A DNA stretch of 64,000 bases from positions 10,307-74,306 of the forward strand of contig JADFXB010000003.1 of NCBI GenBank assembly GCA_015233935.1. Direction: 5' to 3'. The notes beneath the pieces were generated by a model. That model made no database searches and was not told the DNA's origin. It worked only from the letters and a program-made list of their open reading frames with translations. The translations under genes and the position numbers were made by a program. Source of the stretch: Magnetococcales bacterium. Its GTDB lineage: Bacteria > Pseudomonadota > Magnetococcia > Magnetococcales > JADFXB01. Shown piece by piece: positions 50,016-58,927 of the stretch. How positions within the stretch are numbered: the first letter of the stretch is position 1; every line of letters begins with the position of its first letter.

Positions 50016-51779
50016 CTAGCGAGAGAGGCTTTTCAACTTTTCAGCGATGGCCTCATTTTTTGGGTCAAACTCAAGGGCTTTGCGCCAAGTGGACTCCGCT
50101 TCCGCCTTGTTGCCCATGGCCTGATAAACATCCCCCAAATGTTCCAAAATGGCGGCATCTTCCGGCTGCATGCGCACCGCCTCTTTCATCACGGCGAGAG
50201 ATTCTTCATAACGTTGCAAACGAAAAAGAACCCAACCCAGACTGTCGGTGATGAAACCATCGGCAGGGGCCAGGGCGGAGGCTTTTTTTAACAATTCGTG
50301 GGCTTCCTGCAAATTCATATTGCGATCTGCCCAGGAATACCCCAAATAGTTGAGGGCTTGGGGATCTTCCGGGTCGCGGGCGATGTAATCCTTCAAATCT
50401 TTTTCAGCCTCATCCCAACGATCCAGCTTGTCAAAGGCCATGGCCCGATTAAAAATTAAACGAATGTGCGCCCCTTCAAGAGCCAACCCCTTGTTACAGG
50501 CATCCACCACCCCTTCATAATCTTTTTCCTGCAACAACAAGACACTCAAAGCCAGATAAACATCCGAACGCTTATCATCCACCGCCAATACTTTTTTAAC
50601 CCTGGCGATAGCCTCCTGATATTTTTTATCCCGTGCCTCCATGAAACTTAAACGGAGCTGGCTTTCCAAATGGTAAGTATCATCCACACCAATTTTATTG
50701 TATTGGACGAAGGCCTCCTCATCTTGATTCAAAGCTTCCAGCACCTGCCCCATATAATAACGCACCCCGGAATTTTGGGGGCTGGTGGCCTCTGCCAGAC
50801 GCAACTCCTTGAGAGCCTCTTGATATTTTTCCTGGCTCATCAAGATCAAAGCGGTGGTCATCCGAGCCTGAACACTATCAGGCGAAATGCGGGACATGGC
50901 ACGAAATTCAGCCAGTGCTGCTTCCCGGTTGTCTTGATCCAAAAATAAACGCCCCAAACGACCATGGATTTCCTGGTTTTCCGGGTTACGTTTTAAATGA
51001 TCCCGATAAACCACCTCCGCCTCTTTTCCCCTTCCCAACTCCTGCAACAACGATCCCAAGGCCACCGTGGGTTCCAAACGATTGGGAGCTGCCCGCAACG
51101 CCTCCCGAAAGGGAACTACCGCCTTTTCCGATTGCCCCTGATTGACGTAGGCCCGCCCCAAAGCCAGGTGGGCCTTCCATGCCAACTCTTTTTGTTGATA
51201 GAGGGGTTTTAACAGCTCGCGGGCAGCATCGGCTTTGTGTTGATAACCATAGAGCTGTGCCAACAGCAGACGGGCCTGGTGGTTGTCACCATCCAAGCGC
51301 AACAAGGCTTCGTAATGTCTGACAGCCTGGTCATACTCTTTGTTGGCCATGTGAATACCGGCCAAAAGCAGACGACCACGTTGATTATCAGGATCTTTTT
51401 CAATCAACAATTGGGCATACTTGCCTGCCGTTGCCAAATCGCCCCTTTGGGTGGCCAGACTGGAGACGGTCAACAGGGCTTCGGTATGACCAGGATCCAA
51501 TTCAGCAAGACGGGTGAAGGCTTCTTCAGCTTCGATCCATTTATGCTCCCGCAGCCGCATGCTGCCAGTTAAATAGTGATAAATTTTTTCATCATCCAAG
51601 CTACCCAGATATTCTGCATGGGCGGCAGGAACCTGGTTGGCATCGGCGGGCAAGGGTTGACTGATACCTGTCTGCTTTGGTTTGCCGGTCAAGTCATCCT
51701 CAACGGTCACCGGACCGACACAGGATGTCAGCCCAAGGAGAACCAGCATTAAACTTCCGATGCGGATGCCGGAAGACAT
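50016..51779 (-). CDS. Tetratricopeptide repeat lipoprotein
   Basis: Lipobox LTSC, multiple TPRs, ALNYLGYS..DSLGW..HLGDVY. Confidence 0.9.
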   Translation of the reverse strand: MSSGIRIGSLMLVLLGLTSCVGPVTVEDDLTGKPKQTGISQPLPADANQVPAAHAEYLGSLDDEKIYHYLTGSMRLREHKWIEAEEAFTRLAELDPGHTEALLTVSSLATQRGDLATAGKYAQLLIEKDPDNQRGRLLLAGIHMANKEYDQAVRHYEALLRLDGDNHQARLLLAQLYGYQHKADAARELLKPLYQQKELAWKAHLALGRAYVNQGQSEKAVVPFREALRAAPNRLEPTVALGSLLQELGRGKEAEVVYRDHLKRNPENQEIHGRLGRLFLDQDNREAALAEFRAMSRISPDSVQARMTTALILMSQEKYQEALKELRLAEATSPQNSGVRYYMGQVLEALNQDEEAFVQYNKIGVDDTYHLESQLRLSFMEARDKKYQEAIARVKKVLAVDDKRSDVYLALSVLLLQEKDYEGVVDACNKGLALEGAHIRLIFNRAMAFDKLDRWDEAEKDLKDYIARDPEDPQALNYLGYSWADRNMNLQEAHELLKKASALAPADGFITDSLGWVLFRLQRYEESLAVMKEAVRMQPEDAAILEHLGDVYQAMGNKAEAESTWRKALEFDPKNEAIAEKLKSLSR

Positions 51780-51903
51780 ACCTTTGTAACCCCTGAAAAA
51801 CGTGTTGAAATTTTATTCTGCCAGAAGGTTTGACACACGAATTCTGACAAAAATTCCCTCTTTCCGCCATAATGTCATGGCGGAATTTCAATTCTTTGGT
51901 GGT

Positions 51904-52122
51904 TCAGGAACTCTTTTGTTTGCTGGTGGCGGAACGCACCTTAGCCAACAACTGCTCCAAATCCACATGGTACATACGCACCACATCCTGCAAAGTGTCC
52001 ACCTGGGAAGCCAGACATCCCCCGCAATCGATGCCCATTTCCTTCAGCACTCTACCCAGTTCGGGAACGTCGCGAATGAGTTGTGCCATATTTTTGCGAG
52101 GATCGATATCGCTCATGTTCAC
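51904..52122 (-). CDS. DUF1858-like small CxxC protein
   Basis: GIDCGGC..DTL...DLEQLL pattern. Confidence 0.7.
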   Translation of the reverse strand: MNMSDIDPRKNMAQLIRDVPELGRVLKEMGIDCGGCLASQVDTLQDVVRMYHVDLEQLLAKVRSATSKQKSS

Positions 52123-52397
52123 CTGCTCAATGTAATGATACTCATTGGTCGAAAGGAGGAAGGCAACCGCCCCTTCCCCACCTTCTTTAATACACCATTT
52201 TCACCAAGATACAAAGCTCTTCCTTGCCATGATTGCCCCAGTCTGATGGGCTGGCAAATAAAAAATTTTCATTTGCCGGCGGGATTATGGATTAAACCCT
52301 TGCCATGTCACTTGAAATCGATTAAAAGAGGTGGTTTTTCTCAATCGGAAACTTATGAACCCTTTATGGGTGTTTGGATAGCTAAGGAGAGAAGACC

Positions 52398-52685
52398 GTG
52401 GCACGGAAGTTTACCCTGGGCGGCAAAGCCCCGCAAATTGGATGCAACGTTTCCCATTCCCATCGCAAGACCAAAAAGGCCTGGATGCCCAACATTCAGA
52501 CCAAGGCCATGTACAGCATGGTTCTGGGTCGCTCCATCCGCATGACCATCACCACCTCTACCCTGCGGAGCGTGGATTTTGTGGGCGGTTTGGACAACTA
52601 TCTGTTGGCCGCCTCTGATGCCGAACTCACCAAGACCATGCGCGACTTGCGTGATCTGATTCGTCAGAAGAGTGCCTCTGCTTGA
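52398..52685 (+). CDS. rpmB: 50S ribosomal protein L28
   Basis: AAGGAG SD, NVSHSHRKTK..PNIQ and GGLDNYLL. Confidence 0.93.
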   Translation: MARKFTLGGKAPQIGCNVSHSHRKTKKAWMPNIQTKAMYSMVLGRSIRMTITTSTLRSVDFVGGLDNYLLAASDAELTKTMRDLRDLIRQKSASA

Positions 52686-52687
52686 TG

Positions 52688-52730
52688 AAAAAAAACAGGT
52701 GGGGAAGCAGCTTCCCCACCTGTTTTTTTT
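52688..52730. terminator. Bidirectional intrinsic terminator (rpmB/apgM)
   Basis: Perfect inverted repeat A8-CAGGTGGGGAAGC-A-GCTTCCCCACCTG-T8. Confidence 0.9.
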
Positions 52731-52763
52731 GCCCCCTGCCCCACCTGGTTTGATTCCACCTGT

Positions 52764-53957
52764 TCAATCTCGCAAAAACCACTCCATCAAGGTGCAACCA
52801 GGATCAAAAGTCCGGGAAGCCGTGGTCAACAACCCTTCATCATAAGCCACATTGTTATCAGGTTGAATGCCCGCCCCCATCATGGCAAAGGGCACCGGAT
52901 CGGGCGTATGGGTTTTCAGGACAACGGGAGTGGGGTGATCGGGCAACGCCAGGGCACGATAAGGTTCTCCCCTGCGATCCAGTTCAGCCAGGACAGGACC
53001 AACCAACCGCTTATCGAAATCTTCGATGGCCTTGATCTTGTAATCCAACCGTCCGGCGTGACCCGCCTCATCAGGGGATTCTACGTGGACGAACATCATG
53101 TCCAACTCCCGCAACCCTTCCAGACAAGCCGCTGCTTTTCCTTCATAATCGGTATCGATCCAACCGGTAGCCCCTGGGACATGGAATACTTTGAACCCAA
53201 TGTGGTTGGCAATACCCCGCATTAAATCCACCGCCGAGATGACCCCACCCGTTTTGCCAAAGCGGGAGGCAAAGGTTTCGATATCCGGCTTTCTCCCCTG
53301 CCCCCACAACCAAATGCTGTTGGCCGGTAGTTTGCCCTCGGCAATCCTTTTTTGATTGACCGGATGGTCCTGCAAAAAGGACCAGGAGGCTTTCATAAGT
53401 CCCAGAATGGTCTCGCCAACCTCACCATGGGGCAAACGGTCGGCAATGGGACGGTCAGAAATATCATGGGGAGGCACACAAGTGACTTGATCACTCCCAC
53501 CATGCCACACCAGAATATGACGATAACTCACACCTGGATGAAAGCGGAAATGTTCATTACCCAACCGCCGGTTAAGTTCACCAATTAAAATTTCCCCTTC
53601 AGCACTGGAAATTTGATCGGCAGAAAAATCCTGCATGACGCTAAAATTGTCGGACAGGGTGACCAGATTACACCGGAAGGAAACATCCTCCTGCCCCAGA
53701 ACGATCCCCATGGCAGAGGCTTCCAGCGGACTGCGTCCGCTATAGCTTTGGCGAACGTCATAACCAAGGACACCCAGATTGGCCACATCACTCCCCGGAT
53801 AAAATCCGCTGGGGGTATTGAGGGACCAACCACCGATTCCCATTTTGACCATGCGGTCCAGATTGGGGGTATCCGCAACCATCAGGGGTGTTTTACCACC
53901 CAGTTGGGGCATGGGCTGGTCACTCATGCCATCTCCCAGGAAGATGACAAATTTCAT
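52764..53957 (-). CDS. apgM: Cofactor-independent phosphoglycerate mutase (ApgM type)
   Basis: GDGMSD, PGSDVAN, PPHDI, DEAGH and PDHPTP. Confidence 0.92.
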   Translation of the reverse strand: MKFVIFLGDGMSDQPMPQLGGKTPLMVADTPNLDRMVKMGIGGWSLNTPSGFYPGSDVANLGVLGYDVRQSYSGRSPLEASAMGIVLGQEDVSFRCNLVTLSDNFSVMQDFSADQISSAEGEILIGELNRRLGNEHFRFHPGVSYRHILVWHGGSDQVTCVPPHDISDRPIADRLPHGEVGETILGLMKASWSFLQDHPVNQKRIAEGKLPANSIWLWGQGRKPDIETFASRFGKTGGVISAVDLMRGIANHIGFKVFHVPGATGWIDTDYEGKAAACLEGLRELDMMFVHVESPDEAGHAGRLDYKIKAIEDFDKRLVGPVLAELDRRGEPYRALALPDHPTPVVLKTHTPDPVPFAMMGAGIQPDNNVAYDEGLLTTASRTFDPGCTLMEWFLRD

Positions 53958-53981
53958 AAGATATCCTCACTTGGCGAATGA

Positions 53982-54008
53982 ACGGGGAGCGGTCAGGCCG
54001 CTCCCCGT
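53982..54008 (-). terminator. Hairpin downstream of mdh
   Basis: ACGGGGAGCGG-N5-CCGCTCCCCGT. Confidence 0.6.
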
Positions 54009-54028
54009 AAGAAACCGGAACCGGAAAA

Positions 54029-55009
54029 TCAGCGCAGCAAATCTTTCACCACTTCCCGCTCTTTGCGCAATTCATCCAGCACGAAGTCAAACTTGGTTTT
54101 GGCCCAGTCAGACATGGGCAGTCCTTCCACCACCTGGATATTCCCCTGGCTGTCGGTCCGTACTGGGAAGCCAAAGATCAATCCCGGCTCCACCCCGTAT
54201 TCACCTTTGGAACAGATACCGGCAGAATACCAATCGTCACCAGGGGTGGGATTGATCAACGATTTCATATGCTCCAGAGCAGCATTGGCAGCAGAAGCCG
54301 CACTGGAAGCTCCCCGCGCTTTGATAACCACCGCACCCCGATTTTGAATATCCTTGACAAAGTTTTCCCGCAACCAGGTTTGGTCGTTGATCACTTCAGA
54401 AGCCGGTTTGCCGTCGATACGGGCATTTTCAAAGTCGGGATACTGATTATTGGAGTGGTTGCCCCATACCACCATGTGGCTGACAGAGGCGGCAGTCCGA
54501 TTGGCCTTGGCAGCCAACATGCCCATGGCCCGGTTTTGATCCAGACGCATCATGGCGGTGAAACGATCCTGGGGGATATCGCTGTTGTTCATGGCAATCA
54601 GGCAGTTGGTGTTGCAGGGATTGCCAACCACCAGAATACGCACCGCAGAATCGGCATGATTGAGAGCACGTCCCTGCCCCACAAAAATGGGACCATTGAC
54701 CTGAATCAGATCCGAGCGTTCCATGCCAGGGCCACGGGGACGGGAACCCACCAGAAAGGCCGCCTGGATACCCTCAAAAGCCGCACCAGGCTGATCATAG
54801 ATGTCCACACCATCCAGGGTGGGGAAGGCGCAGTCGGAAAGCTCCATGACCACCCCTTCCAGGGCACCCATGGCCTGGGGAATTTCCAAAAGCTGCAAAC
54901 GAATGGGCTGGTTGGGTCCATACAGCTCACCCGCCGCCAAACGAAACAGCAGGCTGTAACTGATTTGTCCGGCAGCCCCGGTCACAGCCACGCGAATAGG
55001 TTTGGTCAT
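54029..55009 (-). CDS. mdh: Malate dehydrogenase (type 2, cytosolic-like)
   Basis: [28 protein letters not shown] and [10 protein letters not shown]; GGAGGAG SD. Confidence 0.97.
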   Translation of the reverse strand: MTKPIRVAVTGAAGQISYSLLFRLAAGELYGPNQPIRLQLLEIPQAMGALEGVVMELSDCAFPTLDGVDIYDQPGAAFEGIQAAFLVGSRPRGPGMERSDLIQVNGPIFVGQGRALNHADSAVRILVVGNPCNTNCLIAMNNSDIPQDRFTAMMRLDQNRAMGMLAAKANRTAASVSHMVVWGNHSNNQYPDFENARIDGKPASEVINDQTWLRENFVKDIQNRGAVVIKARGASSAASAANAALEHMKSLINPTPGDDWYSAGICSKGEYGVEPGLIFGFPVRTDSQGNIQVVEGLPMSDWAKTKFDFVLDELRKEREVVKDLLR

Positions 55010-55151
55010 GCTCTCCTCCTTGCTGATTGGTGATTTTTTTCGGGAAAAAAGTTCCTGGCAGACGCTTTTTCCTGTGTCAAGCAACTCATGATCTTTTATC
55101 CTGTCATAGAGCAGGATTCAAGCCTTCACAACAAGGATACAGGGACAAAAC

Positions 55152-55361
55152 GTGACTCTCAAAGAATTGAAAGCCCTCAAGGAAGAATTTGAAAAGGATG
55201 GACGGCAGGCCATGGCTGTTTATCTTACTTCAGAGCAGGCAAAAGAGCTGCGTTGGGAGATCCACCAATTGTATGGTTTTGACCCCGGCGAAATGTTAAC
55301 TACCCTCTATGGCATGAGCGTGGCCGCCATCGACGCCCCCACCTTTCGATTTGAGGAATAA
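55152..55361 (+). CDS. Hypothetical 69-aa protein upstream of rph
   Basis: AGGGA SD; the stop lies 2 nt before rph, and rph's SD lies in this ORF's last codons. Confidence 0.55.
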   Translation: MTLKELKALKEEFEKDGRQAMAVYLTSEQAKELRWEIHQLYGFDPGEMLTTLYGMSVAAIDAPTFRFEE

Positions 55362-55363
55362 TC

Positions 55364-56083
55364 ATGCGCAGCTTCAATCGACAGGCCAATCAATTGCGTC
55401 CGGTGACCATTACCCGCCATTTTATCAAACATGCCGAAGGCTCCTGCTTGATCACCTTTGGTGACACCCGTGTGATATGCACCGCCACGGTGGACGAAAA
55501 AGTTCCCTCCTGGTTGCGGGGGCAGAAACGGGGCTGGGTGACGGCGGAATATGGCATGCTGCCCCGTTCCACTGGCGAACGCACCTCCAGAGAAGCCGCT
55601 TCCGGTCGCCAAGGTGGACGCACTTTGGAAATTCAAAGGTTGATCGGACGTAGTCTGCGGGCTGTGGTGGATCTGCCCAAACTGGGGGAACGGGTCATCA
55701 CCCTGGACTGTGACGTGATACAGGCCGACGGGGGCACCCGTACCGCCGCCATCACCGGGGCCTATGTGGCCTTGTGGGATGCCATTCATACCTTGATTAA
55801 AACTGGAAAATTGACGGAATCTCCGTTGATTGAAGGGGTGGCAGCGGTAAGCTGTGGCATTCGCAAGGGCGAGACACTGCTGGATTTGGACTATGAGGAA
55901 GACTCCTCCTGTGAGACCGACTGCAACTTTGTCATGACCTCTTCCGGTCGTTTTGTGGAAATTCAAGGGACGGCTGAACACACCCCTTTCACCCGTGAGG
56001 AGTTTTTGCAACTCTCCCTGTTGGCGGAAGAGGGCATTCAAACCCTGCTGGCCCTGCAAGAGCAGGCTTTGGCAGGCACCTAG
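55364..56083 (+). CDS. rph: Ribonuclease PH
   Basis: [21 protein letters not shown] and [18 protein letters not shown]. Confidence 0.98.
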   Translation: MRSFNRQANQLRPVTITRHFIKHAEGSCLITFGDTRVICTATVDEKVPSWLRGQKRGWVTAEYGMLPRSTGERTSREAASGRQGGRTLEIQRLIGRSLRAVVDLPKLGERVITLDCDVIQADGGTRTAAITGAYVALWDAIHTLIKTGKLTESPLIEGVAAVSCGIRKGETLLDLDYEEDSSCETDCNFVMTSSGRFVEIQGTAEHTPFTREEFLQLSLLAEEGIQTLLALQEQALAGT

Positions 56084-56089
56084 TTTTTC

Positions 56090-57250
56090 ATGCAGCCACC
56101 CCACCTCTCCCTTTACGTCCACTTTCCCTATTGCGTCCGCAAGTGCCCTTATTGTGATTTTGCCTCCCGTGCCAGCCGTCAGATACCGGAACAGGTGTAT
56201 CTGACAGCTTTGGGCAGGGAGCTTTCCCTGTGGCGACAAGAACTGGCCACGGATGCACGTCCTTTGCACTCCATCTTTCTGGGTGGCGGCACCCCTTCCC
56301 TCTTCTCTCCAGCATCCATAGCCACCCTGCTGGGTTGGATTGGGGAACATTGGTCCCTGGAGGAAGGGTGTGAAATCACCATAGAGGCCAACCCGGAATC
56401 GCTCACCCTGGATAAATTGGCAGGTTATCACCAGGCAGGGGTCAATCGTCTGAGCCTGGGGGTACAATCTTTACTGGATGAGCGGTTAAAACAGCTCCAT
56501 CGTCCCCACGACGTGGCCACCGCCATTCGAGCCATGGCTTGGGGACGACAGGCAGGCTTTACCAACATCAATCTGGATTTAATCTATGCCACGCCAGGAC
56601 AGAGCCTGTCCGATTGGCAGGGGGAACTGGCCATGGCCATAGCCCTGCAACCCGATCATCTCTCCTGTTATACCCTCACTCTCGAAGAAGGAACCCCCTT
56701 TTTTGCGGCCCATGAACAAGGCGAACTCCCCGTGCTGGGTGAAGAAGAGGAACTGCTCCTCTTCAGCCATACCCGACAATGGTTGACCCAACAAGGCATG
56801 CCCCCCTATGAAATCAGCAATTTTTGTCGCCCTGGTTTCCAATGTCGTCACAACCTCAACTATTGGAATTATGGGGATTACCTGGGTCTGGGAGCCGCCG
56901 CCCATGGCAAGTGGACCAGCCAGCAGGGAATTATTCACCGCACCGTCAACATTCACCATGATCAACCCTATATGGCATCCCTGATGGCCGGAACAGGTGG
57001 CCGCCAATCAAAAGAGATCCTCACCCCCCGAGAAGCCGGGGCGGAAACCTTGATCATGGGCCTGCGCTTGCACCAAGGCATCCACCTTGCCCACTATCAA
57101 CGCCACGCGGGAATCTCCCTTTGGCAGGCCCATGGAAAAACTTTGGAAGAACTGTTGCAAGATGGATTGCTGCAACTTGCAAAAGAGCAACTCTCTCTCA
57201 CAGAAAATGGGGTAAAATTGGCCAATCTGGTCCTGGCCAAACTTGTTTGA
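56090..57250 (+). CDS. hemW: Radical SAM heme chaperone HemW
   Basis: YVHFPYCVRKCPYCDF, GGGTPS and HNLNYW. Confidence 0.93.
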   Translation: MQPPHLSLYVHFPYCVRKCPYCDFASRASRQIPEQVYLTALGRELSLWRQELATDARPLHSIFLGGGTPSLFSPASIATLLGWIGEHWSLEEGCEITIEANPESLTLDKLAGYHQAGVNRLSLGVQSLLDERLKQLHRPHDVATAIRAMAWGRQAGFTNINLDLIYATPGQSLSDWQGELAMAIALQPDHLSCYTLTLEEGTPFFAAHEQGELPVLGEEEELLLFSHTRQWLTQQGMPPYEISNFCRPGFQCRHNLNYWNYGDYLGLGAAAHGKWTSQQGIIHRTVNIHHDQPYMASLMAGTGGRQSKEILTPREAGAETLIMGLRLHQGIHLAHYQRHAGISLWQAHGKTLEELLQDGLLQLAKEQLSLTENGVKLANLVLAKLV

Positions 57251-57308
57251 CTCAGGTGTAACCATGGCACTACAATGAGTTACCCTATGGCAACAGGTGG
57301 AGATAGCG

Positions 57309-57731
57309 ATGATCGATTACGACAAACTGGAAAAATCTCTCCGACACCTGGAGGCGCAGTTTGCCAACCATCGGCGAACTGCCCAACGGCCCGAATTCAC
57401 CCATTTGGACCGGGAGGGGATTGCCGAATCGGTGATTCAAAGATTTGAAACCTGTTATGATACACTTTGGAAGGTTCTCAAACGTTACCTTGTGGAAGAA
57501 TTGGGGTTACCCCAGGTGCCCAACAGCCCCAAGCCCATCTTCCGTATAGCAGGACAAAACCAGATTTTGCCTTCTCCTGTGGAACAATGGCTGACCTATG
57601 CAAATGCCCGTACCGGAACCAGTCATGATTACAGCAGTGACAAAGCAACCCAGGCATTGGCCATCATGGACACCTTCATAACCGATGCCATCGCCCTCTA
57701 CCAAACCATGACAGGCACAACTTGGCAATGA
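57309..57731 (+). CDS. HEPN protein (HI0074 / nucleotidyltransferase substrate-binding family)
   Basis: IQRFETCYDTLWKVLKRYL, SPKPIFR and an Rx4H motif RTGTSH followed by DY. Confidence 0.85.
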   Translation: MIDYDKLEKSLRHLEAQFANHRRTAQRPEFTHLDREGIAESVIQRFETCYDTLWKVLKRYLVEELGLPQVPNSPKPIFRIAGQNQILPSPVEQWLTYANARTGTSHDYSSDKATQALAIMDTFITDAIALYQTMTGTTWQ

Positions 57732-57809
57732 CCAACTGAACATTACATAGAACACAAACCCCTCCTACAAGCATTGTTACGCCGCTTCCTTCTAAACATT
57801 GCCAGCTAA
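57722..57809 (+). pseudogene. Possible remnant of the cognate MNT antitoxin N-terminus
   Basis: Broken frames NDQLNIT / EHKPLLQALLRRFL at the usual overlapping position, ending before the GS..DxD motif. Confidence 0.4.
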
Positions 57810-57859
57810 CACCTAACACCAGAAAGAGAAACCGGAACTAAACTCCGCTATGGCAGACT

Positions 57860-57878
57860 AATAATGATAATTGCCATT
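57860..57878. promoter_or_regulatory. Candidate Fur box
   Basis: AATAATGATAATTGCCATT matches 13/19 of GATAATGATAATCATTATC, including 11 consecutive positions. Confidence 0.45.
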
Positions 57879-57947
57879 GACTGCAATATCGTTTATTCCG
57901 ACAACGGTAGAGTCAACGGCGTGAGTCAAACCATTCAGGGGGATGCC

Positions 57948-58439
57948 ATGTCAGAGCTTTATGACAATATTAGACGAGGAATCATGGCCGGACTGCCAGC
58001 AACCATGGTTCTGTCCGTGCTTATGCTAAGTGAGTCTGTGCTGCCACAATTTGCCCAAGCCTCGTTGATAAACAATCTGGTGGACAAAGTATTGGAATAC
58101 CAAGGGATAACAGGGTATCCCCATGTAGGATGGTTCCTGCATTTTTTCATTGGAACCATTGTTTGGGGCAGTGTTTTCGGGGTGGTGGAGCCGATTCTTC
58201 CTGGCAAAACCTGGCGTCACAAGGGCATGGCTTTTGGGGCTGGTTGTGCGTTTGTCTTTCTGGTGGCCATCATTCCCATAGCCGGGGCAGGTTTTTTTGG
58301 CATGAAGCTATCCCTGGCGGGCATCCTGGTGACTATTCTTCAACATTTAATCTATGGCTATGTTTTGGGAGATGCCTATTGGCGACTCCTCCCTGCCCGG
58401 GAACGCATGGTAAACCCGAGTTATTTCTGCATGCGTTGA
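57948..58439 (+). CDS. Four-TM membrane protein (DUF6789/DUF1440-like)
   Basis: GIMAGLPAT, GWFLHFFIG..WG and HLIYG..LG motifs. Confidence 0.7.
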   Translation: MSELYDNIRRGIMAGLPATMVLSVLMLSESVLPQFAQASLINNLVDKVLEYQGITGYPHVGWFLHFFIGTIVWGSVFGVVEPILPGKTWRHKGMAFGAGCAFVFLVAIIPIAGAGFFGMKLSLAGILVTILQHLIYGYVLGDAYWRLLPARERMVNPSYFCMR

Positions 58440-58461
58440 CCTAAGCGGGGTCAACGCATGC
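58429..58461. terminator. Hairpin between convergent genes
   Basis: GCATGCGTTGACC-N7-GGTCAACGCATGC, overlapping the stop codon. Confidence 0.65.
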
Positions 58462-58476
58462 GGGGATAAGGTGGGA

Positions 58477-58710
58477 TTACCCCAACCACCGGAGCACCTC
58501 TTCCCGATCACAATCACACAAATTCCGCAGTTCAGACTTCATTGGCCGCCAGATTCTTTCCACCCGTCTGGCGGCAATGAGGGGTTCCACCAGTTTGCGG
58601 GTTTCTTCTGGATCTTGCAGCAAATGGATTGCCAGATCAGCCAGCAGTGCTTCCTTCCTCTTCGCCAGAAATGCTTCCACTTCATGAACCGACATATTGG
58701 TCTCCCCCAT
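58477..58710 (-). CDS. FeoC-like winged-helix protein
   Basis: Size and pattern EVEAFL..LADLAIHL..PEE..L..LIA.RRVE..C.C..E..RW; only two Cys are retained. Confidence 0.55.
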   Translation of the reverse strand: MGETNMSVHEVEAFLAKRKEALLADLAIHLLQDPEETRKLVEPLIAARRVERIWRPMKSELRNLCDCDREEVLRWLG

Positions 58711-58927
58711 CCCACACCGCTGAAGATTGTTAAAGTGACCTATCCCTGTTAACTCTGGTTAGCGTTTGATCGCCTGTTACCAGTAACTAAGTTAGCAGCA
58801 TTTACACGCGCTTGACAATTATATTTTACATTTCAATAAGTTCATAAAAGGCATTACGTTTGCAGTAAAGGAGAGGAATTGAAGCTTGGTTGCACCTCCG
58901 AGTCCGTGAAAGGCAGGATGATTGGCC

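Noticed and set aside
51802-52545. 247-aa + strand ORF
   Set aside because: It overlaps the DUF1858 gene antisense and rpmB out of frame, and has no recognisable motifs.
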